NCBI GenBank assembly: GCA_034669905.1 | Contig: JAXMOL010000003.1 | Coordinates: 185,613-249,612, forward strand | DNA from: Candidatus Hydrogenedentota bacterium | Lineage (GTDB): Bacteria; Hydrogenedentota; Hydrogenedentia; Hydrogenedentales; JAEUWI01 | Length of the DNA stretch: 64,000 nucleotides | Reading direction: 5' to 3' | Shown here: positions 57,145 through 64,000 of the stretch, piece after piece | Position numbering within the stretch: the stretch's first letter is position 1 | Layout: every line of letters starts with the position of its first letter | Program-made: the position numbers and the translations under genes | The notes under the pieces: model-generated | The model's input: only the letters and a program-made list of their open reading frames with translations | What the model was told of the DNA's origin: nothing | Databases searched by the model: none

Positions 57145-57896
57145 GCGAGCAAGAATCTGAGAATGAAGGTGTTGCGCGGTTTCCCCAACAGGTGCCAACC
57201 TCAGGGAGTGTGCTCGGGCCATTGATCGCGGGGGCGATGTTCGGGAGCCTGGGACTGTGGTTTTTTGCTGTATTCGTCCCCAGGCTTCTTCGGCAGGATG
57301 GTGTCCCGTTGGGTGGGCCGACAGGGGCTGCCGTGGGACTCTTGAGCGTGCCATTCCTGGTGCTACTCTTCTGGGTACTTGTCCGACTTCTGAATGGCGT
57401 TGTTCGCCGGAGGGCTTGGACTTGCTACATGGTGAACAGCCGTAGCCTGGCCATTTGCGTACCGGGCCGACCGACGGTGTATGTGAAACGGCGGGATTGT
57501 GTTCGCTGCTATCCACGGCGCAACCAACTCGTGCTGCGCGATGGCCGCACCGCGAATCTCGGTCTGCTGAAAGGACTCGGGAGTGTCTGGGCACCCCTGT
57601 GCGAACGTTGGTGGCCCGAGGTGTGGGCAGCACAGCAAGCGAACATTGCTCGGGACTATATTCATACCCTTCTTCGTGTGGATTTGTGTGCGGCGGGTGT
57701 GCTGTGGGTCCTCTTGTGTCTGTTCTGTGTTTTTATAGCCAGGCAACTGGGGTTGGTGCCAGACACGGAAGGCGGGTCTCTGCGGTCATTGATGGTCAGT
57801 GCGCCGGTTGCGATAGTGGTTGTTGTCGTGGGGGTCGTACTGTATCGCTGGCTGCGATGTCGGTCTGTCGTGGAGTTGGGAACCGAATTGGATTGA
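57141..57896 (+). CDS. hypothetical membrane protein, third copy of the same domain
   Basis: TTGA overlap with the upstream stop; close similarity to the second half of the upstream protein. Confidence 0.8.
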   Translation: MSEQESENEGVARFPQQVPTSGSVLGPLIAGAMFGSLGLWFFAVFVPRLLRQDGVPLGGPTGAAVGLLSVPFLVLLFWVLVRLLNGVVRRRAWTCYMVNSRSLAICVPGRPTVYVKRRDCVRCYPRRNQLVLRDGRTANLGLLKGLGSVWAPLCERWWPEVWAAQQANIARDYIHTLLRVDLCAAGVLWVLLCLFCVFIARQLGLVPDTEGGSLRSLMVSAPVAIVVVVVGVVLYRWLRCRSVVELGTELD

Positions 57897-57919
57897 CAAG
57901 AGGGCGGGGAACGGGTGCC

Positions 57920-58132
57920 TCACCCGTCCGCAGCGCCGAGTTCTTCGAGGGCCTTCTCGAGATTTGCGACGGGGGTGAAATAGAAGGTTTTTCCGACCTT
58001 TGCCCCGATTATGAGCCCCTTGTCTTGAAGTCCCAAGAGGTCCGTTCGGGCCGTCTGGTAGGCGACGCCGTGGCGTGTCTGGTGGGATACGATGTTATAG
58101 CGGTGGGCGGGGTGACGACGGTATAGGGACAA
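57920..58132 (-). pseudogene. C-terminal winged-HTH remnant of a Fic-family protein
   Basis: HPAHRYNIVSHQTRHGVAYQTARTDLLGLQDKGL..KVGKTFYF resembles Fic C-termini as I recall them. There is no room for a Fic domain because the ChaN stop is at 58148. Confidence 0.65.
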
Positions 58133-58147
58133 ACTGGGTGGGGACGT

Positions 58148-59146
58148 CTACTTCGAGATGGGGCGATAGACCACCACGTCGGCGCGCCCTTCGTCCTCTT
58201 CCCGCAACGCATCGCTTTCCGCTTTCTGGACGCTGATGGTGAAGTAGTTGAGATCCGGCGCAGCAGCTTTCATGCGGAGCAGGGTGCCGCCCTGGTGATC
58301 GATGTGAAATTGACCAATCAGCAAAATAGCCTTCCCGTGGGCGGCCTGGGCGCGGAGCACCGAGTCCGCCATGGTGGCATCCCAGACCTGCTGTGCCTGG
58401 AAAAAAGTTTCCAGCTTTTCTTCGCTCAGAGGCGGCATGCCACCCATGGACTCCGTGCTTTTTACGGACTTCTTGGTACCTTTCTTCGGGGCGGGCGGTG
58501 CACTGTGGTGGCGCATGGTATCCTTGAAGCGCTCCGCATAGTCCTGTTGCGCAATAGGCGTCGGCACGACGAACTGGTCCGCATAGAATTCCGAAAACCG
58601 GGCCAGACCCTCAAAGCCTTCCAGGCGTGCGAGGCGGGTGAAACGACGGGGTGCGTTCGCCGCGATGACCGGTGCCTTGGCTGCCTTGGCCGCGTCGACC
58701 GTAGGCTGATAGAAGTCATCCCACCTTCCCTTCGCACCCCAGTCCTTCGAATCGGTCGTTTCCACCAGCGTCTTCTGGGCGATGGTATCGGCCAGGTACG
58801 CATCGACGAGGGGCTGTTCATTCCGCTCAAACATCTCCAGGCAGACGGCCACCGGATGCTGCGCGAGAAGGGCCGTCACCAGGGCCGTCTGAAAACGATG
58901 GCCGGCGAGGTCGTCATGCTGTTCACCGAGAATAATGACATCCGCCGCCGCTGCCTGGGCCACCAGGGCATCCCAGCGGAGCGGTGTGTTGTCTGCTGTA
59001 ACGAGTACCATGTCCTCCGGTGCCGGGAGCTCCTCTTCTGCGGCGGCCTCCGCCGCAGGGCGATGGGTCGAAGTGGTGGCACAACCGGCGAGGAAGCTCA
59101 GGGCGAGAAGCAGGCAGGCGGAATAGTTTTTCGGGTGCAATAGCAT
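58148..59146 (-). CDS. ChaN family lipoprotein
   Basis: Lipobox LAGC, ILGEQHD, LEMF, AANAPR, AQQVWDATMA, GQFH. Confidence 0.88.
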   Translation of the reverse strand: MLLHPKNYSACLLLALSFLAGCATTSTHRPAAEAAAEEELPAPEDMVLVTADNTPLRWDALVAQAAAADVIILGEQHDDLAGHRFQTALVTALLAQHPVAVCLEMFERNEQPLVDAYLADTIAQKTLVETTDSKDWGAKGRWDDFYQPTVDAAKAAKAPVIAANAPRRFTRLARLEGFEGLARFSEFYADQFVVPTPIAQQDYAERFKDTMRHHSAPPAPKKGTKKSVKSTESMGGMPPLSEEKLETFFQAQQVWDATMADSVLRAQAAHGKAILLIGQFHIDHQGGTLLRMKAAAPDLNYFTISVQKAESDALREEDEGRADVVVYRPISK

Positions 59147-59296
59147 GATTAGATTCCAAAGAGGCGAAGGGCGATATGCAAAGAAACTTTTGTTTAGCAA
59201 CTATAACAACGCCGATGCTATGAGGTCAAATTGTGTTCAGGTATTGGAGGTTCGGAGTCTAAGTGATGGTATTTCAGTGGTTTACGAAATGCTAAT

Positions 59297-59736
59297 TCAT
59301 GCTGAATCCAAGCTAATCCACCGGCTCTGCCGGTGAGAATTCATCAGGCGCTGCCGTTCCTGCGTTAACTTTCGGGATTCCTGCACCGGTCGGTGCATGC
59401 TGTGTTCTGTTCCAGTCCCGTAGGGACGACATACCGTAGCCCAGCGGTGGAGCGAGGTACGAGCGGAACCCTGGGTAGACCGGACCGCAAAGCGTTGAAC
59501 TCCGAAGGAGTGGCACAGGAAAATCATCGTAGATACCCGGTACCCTTATGCCACCCATTCGGGGTTAAACGCTGCGTGCATGCGCGTGATCCCAGGGTTC
59601 GCTTCGCTCACACCTGGGCTACGGTATGTCGTCCCTACGGGACTAACTGCCTTGGTCTATGAGTTTGACCAGTTGTCCCCTCTTAGGGGCCTTCCTCATA
59701 CCCCCGGCTCTGCCGGTGGTTGCTAAATTAGCATGA
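59297..59736 (+). mobile_element. non-autonomous IS200/IS605-like shell with internal REP doublet
   Basis: Same-orientation subterminal hairpins ccaccggctctgccggtg (59318) and cccccggctctgccggtggt (59701); no transposase ORF between them. Confidence 0.55.
59414..59644. repeat. REP doublet, GTCCCGTAGGGAC family
   Basis: Perfect 31-bp inverted repeat agtcccgtagggacgacataccgtagcccag. Confidence 0.9.
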
Positions 59737-59967
59737 GGAGCCTATCTGCCATGCCGTTCAAGGCGCGTTATACTGGTCCTCCCATGTAACGCACCACGCT
59801 TCCGGTACTCCGGGAGCAACCCCGTGAAGTGCTCGGTGCTCCATCCCACGAGGGATCGGGGAACGAGCGGTGAACTCCCGGGAGAATCGCACGAACTCCC
59901 CAAGACGGGCTGGCACGTACCGTGGAGAGATCGTGCGGTACGTTTCGGGAGTGCCCAGAACGTCGGC

Positions 59968-60885
59968 CTACAAGCGCTCCGTCAACCAGGGAATCGCGTC
60001 CGCAACCCACGCTGCCGGAAGTTTGTGGCCCGAATCGTAGAGTATGAGCCGGGCGCTTTCCGGGTTAAAGCGTTGATAGAGGGTCTTGGCCTGTTCCTCA
60101 TTGCAGAGGCCGTCGGTCTTGCCCTGTAACATGAGAAAGGGGCGTTCGCCGATGGGGGCCACGTAGTTGGCGGGGTCGAGGACCGGGTCCTCCCGCCAGG
60201 AGACGGGCACAACGCAACCGACGGCGGCCTTGATGCGGGGTTCGACCGACGTGAGGGAGACGGCATGGAAGCCGCCCATGCTATAACCCACGATACCGAG
60301 GCGCTTCACATCGATGTCCGGGCGGGTCTCAAGGTAGTCAATGCCCCGGCGGTAATCGCGGAGGGTCTGGGTGATGATGTCGCGGAGGGTGAAGTAGTTC
60401 TTGCGGGGCGGGGCACCGGGTGGATTGTAGTCATTGACGACCGCATAGTCGTTTTCCGCGATGCGGTCCCCGTGGGCCTGGGCATCCAGGGCAAAGACGG
60501 CAAAGCCCGCGTCCAGCAGGGCCTTGCGGGTTTCACCCCCGTGGCTGTAACCGCCATCCTTCCACCAGCTGTCCTTGGCCCCCGACCAACCGTGCATGAG
60601 CAGGACGCAGGGGAACGGCCCTTCGCCTTCCTGCGGGCGTTCCAGATAACCGGGTACCAGCGCACCCCGGACGCCGCGGAACACGACTTTTTCACGAATA
60701 GTCCCGTCTTCTTCCTGGCGTTCCACGACCCGTGCTTCCAGCGGAATCGATGGGTCGTAGTCGTAAAATGCGCGGAGCAAGGACTGGGCATCTGCAGCCA
60801 ATGGCGCGGGCTTGGTGGCGTCTGCGGCAGCGGTCCACGTGGTGGCGAAGGCGACGAGTATGATGGCGAGTGATTTTTGAATCAT
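59968..60885 (-). CDS. secreted alpha/beta hydrolase
   Basis: Signal peptide, LLMHG, GYSMGG, QGKTD, SGH. Confidence 0.88.
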   Translation of the reverse strand: MIQKSLAIILVAFATTWTAAADATKPAPLAADAQSLLRAFYDYDPSIPLEARVVERQEEDGTIREKVVFRGVRGALVPGYLERPQEGEGPFPCVLLMHGWSGAKDSWWKDGGYSHGGETRKALLDAGFAVFALDAQAHGDRIAENDYAVVNDYNPPGAPPRKNYFTLRDIITQTLRDYRRGIDYLETRPDIDVKRLGIVGYSMGGFHAVSLTSVEPRIKAAVGCVVPVSWREDPVLDPANYVAPIGERPFLMLQGKTDGLCNEEQAKTLYQRFNPESARLILYDSGHKLPAAWVADAIPWLTERL

Positions 60886-61201
60886 AGTGCTTCCCGAGAG
60901 TTCGCGCCAGACAGGAAATCTGTGGCACAACCAGCCTCTTGATTAAAGCAACCTTTACCGCAAAAGGCAAGGAATGCCACTGGGAAGTATGTTTTTAGGG
61001 GGGCTATCCGGGGCGGGGCATTCCGTCACGATAGGTAATGATACCTTAACTTCAGGTATACTGACGTCCCACCTGTTTGACCAGGTGACAACGCACGGGA
61101 TTCCAGGCTGGGTGCCCAGAGCGGGTTGGTGAAAGCGAATACGTCGCAGGATGGAGCGGGCTCCGTCTGCAACGAAGCGCAGCACGTACGGACGGGAACT
61201 T

Positions 61202-62365
61202 ATGATGATTGACGCCTCGAAAGTGAAGCGATTCGGCTGTATGGTTGGTGGAAGTCGTCGCATGCGTCGGGTCTTTTCCATGATCCGGAAGGGTGCCGCC
61301 GTCGATATGCCGGTCCTGATTATCGGTGAGACCGGTTCGGGGAAGGGGTTGGTTGCCCGGGAATTGCACGAACGAAGCGAGCGGCGGGACAAGCCCTATA
61401 TTGCCTTCAATACCGGTGCCGTTGCGCCGGAGCTGGTTGCGAGCGAGCTGTTTGGTCACCGCAAAGGGGCCTTCACCGGCGCAACCGAAAACAAGGTCGG
61501 GCGCTTGTGCGAGGCGAACGGAGGCACCTTGTTTCTGGATGAAATCGGTACCATGGATGCCCGCATGCAGGTTTCCTTACTTCGGGCGCTCGACGAGGGT
61601 AAGATACGGCCCATCGGTGCCAAGCGGGACGTGCCCACCAATTTCCGGTTGGTGGCGGCCACCAACGAAAATCTCGACCAGGCGGTAAAGGAAGGGCGCT
61701 TCCGGGACGACTTGCTCTATCGGCTGCGCGTGCTCTGTATCAAACTACCGGCATTGCGCCATCGGCCCGAAGATATTCCCATGTTGTGCACGGACTTTCT
61801 AAACGCCATCAACCAGGAATATGATTTCAGAGTTAAGGGCATCTCTGCAGAGGCCATGCAAGCGCTGCAGGAATACGAATGGCCTGGAAACTTGCGGGAA
61901 TTAAAGAATGTGCTGGCCCAATCGACCGTGACGGCTGCGGAGGGCGAGATTGAGCTGGAGCATTTGCCCAGCGTTATCGCAGGTACGGTCTCGCTGAGCG
62001 ATATCGAGCCTGAGCCCCTCTTTACTGACGTCCGTGTCGCACCAGGGGCACCTGCCAATGGTACGGAGACCTTGCCCGAGGCGGCGCTCATGGATTCTGT
62101 TCCGCCGCCGTCTCCCGCACCGAGCCCCACGCCTGTGGCGGCAGCGGAGGAAGAAGCTGCCCCGCCCCTACCGAAGACGGTGCAGGACGGCCTCTTTATC
62201 CCTGTCGGGACTACCTTGGAGGAAGTGCAGCGCGCCCTCACGCTGAAGACCTTGCAGAGCTGTGGGAACAATAAGACCCAAGCGGCCAAGCTGTTGAAAG
62301 TGAGCCGAAAAGCCCTCTATGACAAACTGGTGCGCTGGGGTGATGACAAGCATCTTATCCAGTAA
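61202..62365 (+). CDS. sigma54-dependent activator (AAA+ and Fis HTH, no N-terminal sensor)
   Basis: GETGSGK, SELFGH, GAFTGA, LFLDEI, RFRDDLLYRL, WPGNLREL, NKTQAAKLL. Alternative start at 61151. Confidence 0.93.
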   Translation: MMIDASKVKRFGCMVGGSRRMRRVFSMIRKGAAVDMPVLIIGETGSGKGLVARELHERSERRDKPYIAFNTGAVAPELVASELFGHRKGAFTGATENKVGRLCEANGGTLFLDEIGTMDARMQVSLLRALDEGKIRPIGAKRDVPTNFRLVAATNENLDQAVKEGRFRDDLLYRLRVLCIKLPALRHRPEDIPMLCTDFLNAINQEYDFRVKGISAEAMQALQEYEWPGNLRELKNVLAQSTVTAAEGEIELEHLPSVIAGTVSLSDIEPEPLFTDVRVAPGAPANGTETLPEAALMDSVPPPSPAPSPTPVAAAEEEAAPPLPKTVQDGLFIPVGTTLEEVQRALTLKTLQSCGNNKTQAAKLLKVSRKALYDKLVRWGDDKHLIQ

Positions 62366-62481
62366 ACGATTGGAGCACGGACCGCCCCGCCGCGTTGAGG
62401 GAGGCGCGGGGGAGTGCGGTCGAGGCGGTCAGTGCCAGAAGGTCATGCGGCGTGGAGATTACCAGACCGCAAGACAAGGGC

Positions 62482-62661
62482 TTAGCGACTCAAGATGACC
62501 CACACGGCGTGGATGATACCGGGGATATAGCCCAGCAGCGTCAAGATGAGGTTTATCCAGAACTGCAATCCAATGCCCACCTCCAGGAATACGCCCAGTG
62601 GCGGAATAAAAATCGCGATTATGAGTCGTACGAAATCAAAGGCGGCTTCGTCGTTTGGCAT
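62482..62661 (-). CDS. YqaE/Pmp3 family membrane protein
   Basis: IIAIFIPPLGVFL..WINLILTLLGYIPGIIHAVWVI. AAGGAG RBS. Confidence 0.92.
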   Translation of the reverse strand: MPNDEAAFDFVRLIIAIFIPPLGVFLEVGIGLQFWINLILTLLGYIPGIIHAVWVILSR

Positions 62662-62725
62662 GATAAGTTTCTCCTTCTCGTTGCGCACCGCAGCGTTTCT
62701 CCTTCCACGAATCCACGCATCGGCC

Positions 62726-62899
62726 TTATGCGACGGGTCTTCGCCCCATGGTGCCCCGAAGCAGGAACACGAGAAACAGCACGATGAAGATAAAGAACAG
62801 GATTTTCGCGATCCCCGCCGAGGCGGAAGCGATGACACCGAATCCCAGCAATCCAGCCACCAATGAAATAATCAAAAATACTGCAGCCCAGTAGAGCAT
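62726..62899 (-). CDS. DUF1328 family small membrane protein
   Basis: [38 protein letters not shown]. Confidence 0.92.
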   Translation of the reverse strand: MLYWAAVFLIISLVAGLLGFGVIASASAGIAKILFFIFIVLFLVFLLRGTMGRRPVA

Positions 62900-62956
62900 C
62901 GTACTTTCCTTTCCAGTTACGGTCCCGCCATCCGCGGCGGGACGTGCCAACCTTAA

Positions 62957-62973
62957 TGCAATCGTCGTGCCAA
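62957..62973 (-). promoter_or_regulatory. sigma54 promoter for DUF1328-yqaE
   Basis: Minus strand TTGGCACGACGATTGCA, near-perfect -24/-12 consensus. Confidence 0.85.
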
Positions 62974-63064
62974 GCGGTGCGTCCCCCTGTTTTCGGGGGT
63001 TTCGCGCCCGGGGGAGCGAATTTATGGGCTGGGTGTGTATAGAAAGGTGCTTGCTGTGTAGCAT

Positions 63065-63098
63065 CTATACGTGTGGGGCCTTGGCGGCACACGTATAG
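63065..63098. promoter_or_regulatory. palindrome between divergent sigma54 promoters (candidate enhancer)
   Basis: ctatacgtgtg-N12-cacacgtatag. Confidence 0.45.
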
Positions 63099-63121
63099 CG
63101 GGCGTTATGGGGCCGCAGGCG

Positions 63122-63138
63122 TTGGTACACTCCTTGCA
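63122..63138 (+). promoter_or_regulatory. sigma54 promoter for the lipoprotein gene
   Basis: TTGGTACACTCCTTGCA (GG-N10-GC). Confidence 0.75.
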
Positions 63139-63206
63139 CCTGTTGGGTATACAGGCGTGGCGGTGGGAAGGGTTCCCACCGTAAGAACAACGAAGGAGTC
63201 TACCCC

Positions 63207-63797
63207 ATGAAAAAGACACTGATTGCGACGACCATGATGACGGCGGCGCTACTGGGTGCCGGGTGCGATAACGCGTCCAATGAGAAGCCCCCCCTCGCTG
63301 ACCCGGCCGCAGCGCCCGTTCCGGTGCCTGACGGCGTAGTCTCGACGACGCCCGAGGTCACCCCGCCGGTTGCGGTGGATACCGCCGATGTCGAAGAGAA
63401 GAGCCTTCGGGAAAAAGGGGCTAAGGTTGGGGAGGAAGTGGGCGAATTTGCCGATGCCGTTAAGGATGAGATGAAGGACGTAAAGAACGAGGTCAAGGAC
63501 TTCTTCAAGGAAGGCCAGAACTCCGCCCAGCACACGTTGAACGAGCGCCTTGAGGCCCTGGATGAAGACCTGGAAGACTTGCGCAATTCCATGGAGGATC
63601 TGGGAGATAAGGCCGATACAAAGGACAAGGCCGCCTGGGAGAAACTGGAATCAGACCGAAAAGCCCTCGAAAAACACGTTGAGGCGTTAAAATCGGCTTC
63701 CAAAGATTCCATCGATGCCCTCGCCGATGACATTGGAGAGCAGATGGAAAACCTGGGTGATGCCCTCGAAGAATTCGCTGAGGAACTAAAGAAATAA
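63207..63797 (+). CDS. lipoprotein with acidic amphipathic helical repeats (apolipoprotein/LEA-like)
   Basis: Lipobox LGAGC, Pro-rich linker, E/D/K-rich helices. AAGGAG RBS. Confidence 0.85.
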   Translation: MKKTLIATTMMTAALLGAGCDNASNEKPPLADPAAAPVPVPDGVVSTTPEVTPPVAVDTADVEEKSLREKGAKVGEEVGEFADAVKDEMKDVKNEVKDFFKEGQNSAQHTLNERLEALDEDLEDLRNSMEDLGDKADTKDKAAWEKLESDRKALEKHVEALKSASKDSIDALADDIGEQMENLGDALEEFAEELKK

Positions 63798-63943
63798 CCC
63801 CGCCACCGTGGAGACGCTTAGCGGGTAAACATATGCCGTAGTGCCTGCCCTGGTCGGGTACCCCCATGGGGGACCTGGCCAGGGCAGGCAGTCGTGTAAC
63901 GCAAGTTCTGCAATTGGCTGATGTTTCTGGTCTCTCTTGTTTA

Positions 63944-63981
63944 TACAGTTCCTCCCTCCTCCGGAGGAGGGAGGAACTGTA
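63944..63981. repeat. perfect 38-bp palindrome
   Basis: tacagttcctccctcctcc|ggaggagggaggaactgta. Confidence 0.85.
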
Positions 63982-64000
63982 CCAGGGTTGTGTTTTTCAG

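Noticed and set aside
59768..59960. Possible AraC C-terminal remnant (FSREF / FTGLLPEYRKR in different frames)
   Set aside because: Resemblance is too short and needs a frameshift; a BLASTx hit would be required.

Overview
This is a 64-kb GC-rich bacterial chromosomal segment. The gene content (two PSD1/DUF1553 cytochrome + DUF1501 pairs, PEP-CTERM proteins, Tat-exported Gfo/Idh/MocA oxidoreductases) suggests a PVC-like or Hydrogenedentota-like organism; this is inference only. The left edge is a lower-GC accessory patch with an sce7726/sce7725 gene pair. Next come two tandem catalase-peroxidases (one with a signal peptide) divergent from oxyR with a canonical OxyR box. Housekeeping genes include nagA, cysE, cls, dsbD, fbaA, ispH, asnB and hemL. 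The right end holds a sensor-less sigma54 activator beside two divergent sigma54 promoters driving small stress genes. Many intergenic gaps carry palindromic REP-like repeats from at least eight families, often nested. The most striking non-coding structures are: (1) a GxxExxY nuclease-like gene bracketed by four copies of a (CACGGAA)x3 repeat, with a gene-less copy of the same arrangement at 51.4 kb; (2) a 484-bp tandem duplication whose junction is a hybrid of the two flanking palindromes; (3) an IS200-like shell with no transposase. A 56-aa membrane zinc-ribbon ORF missing from the ORF track was also found. No rRNA, tRNA, CRISPR array or intact transposase was seen. All family names come from motif recognition, not database searches.
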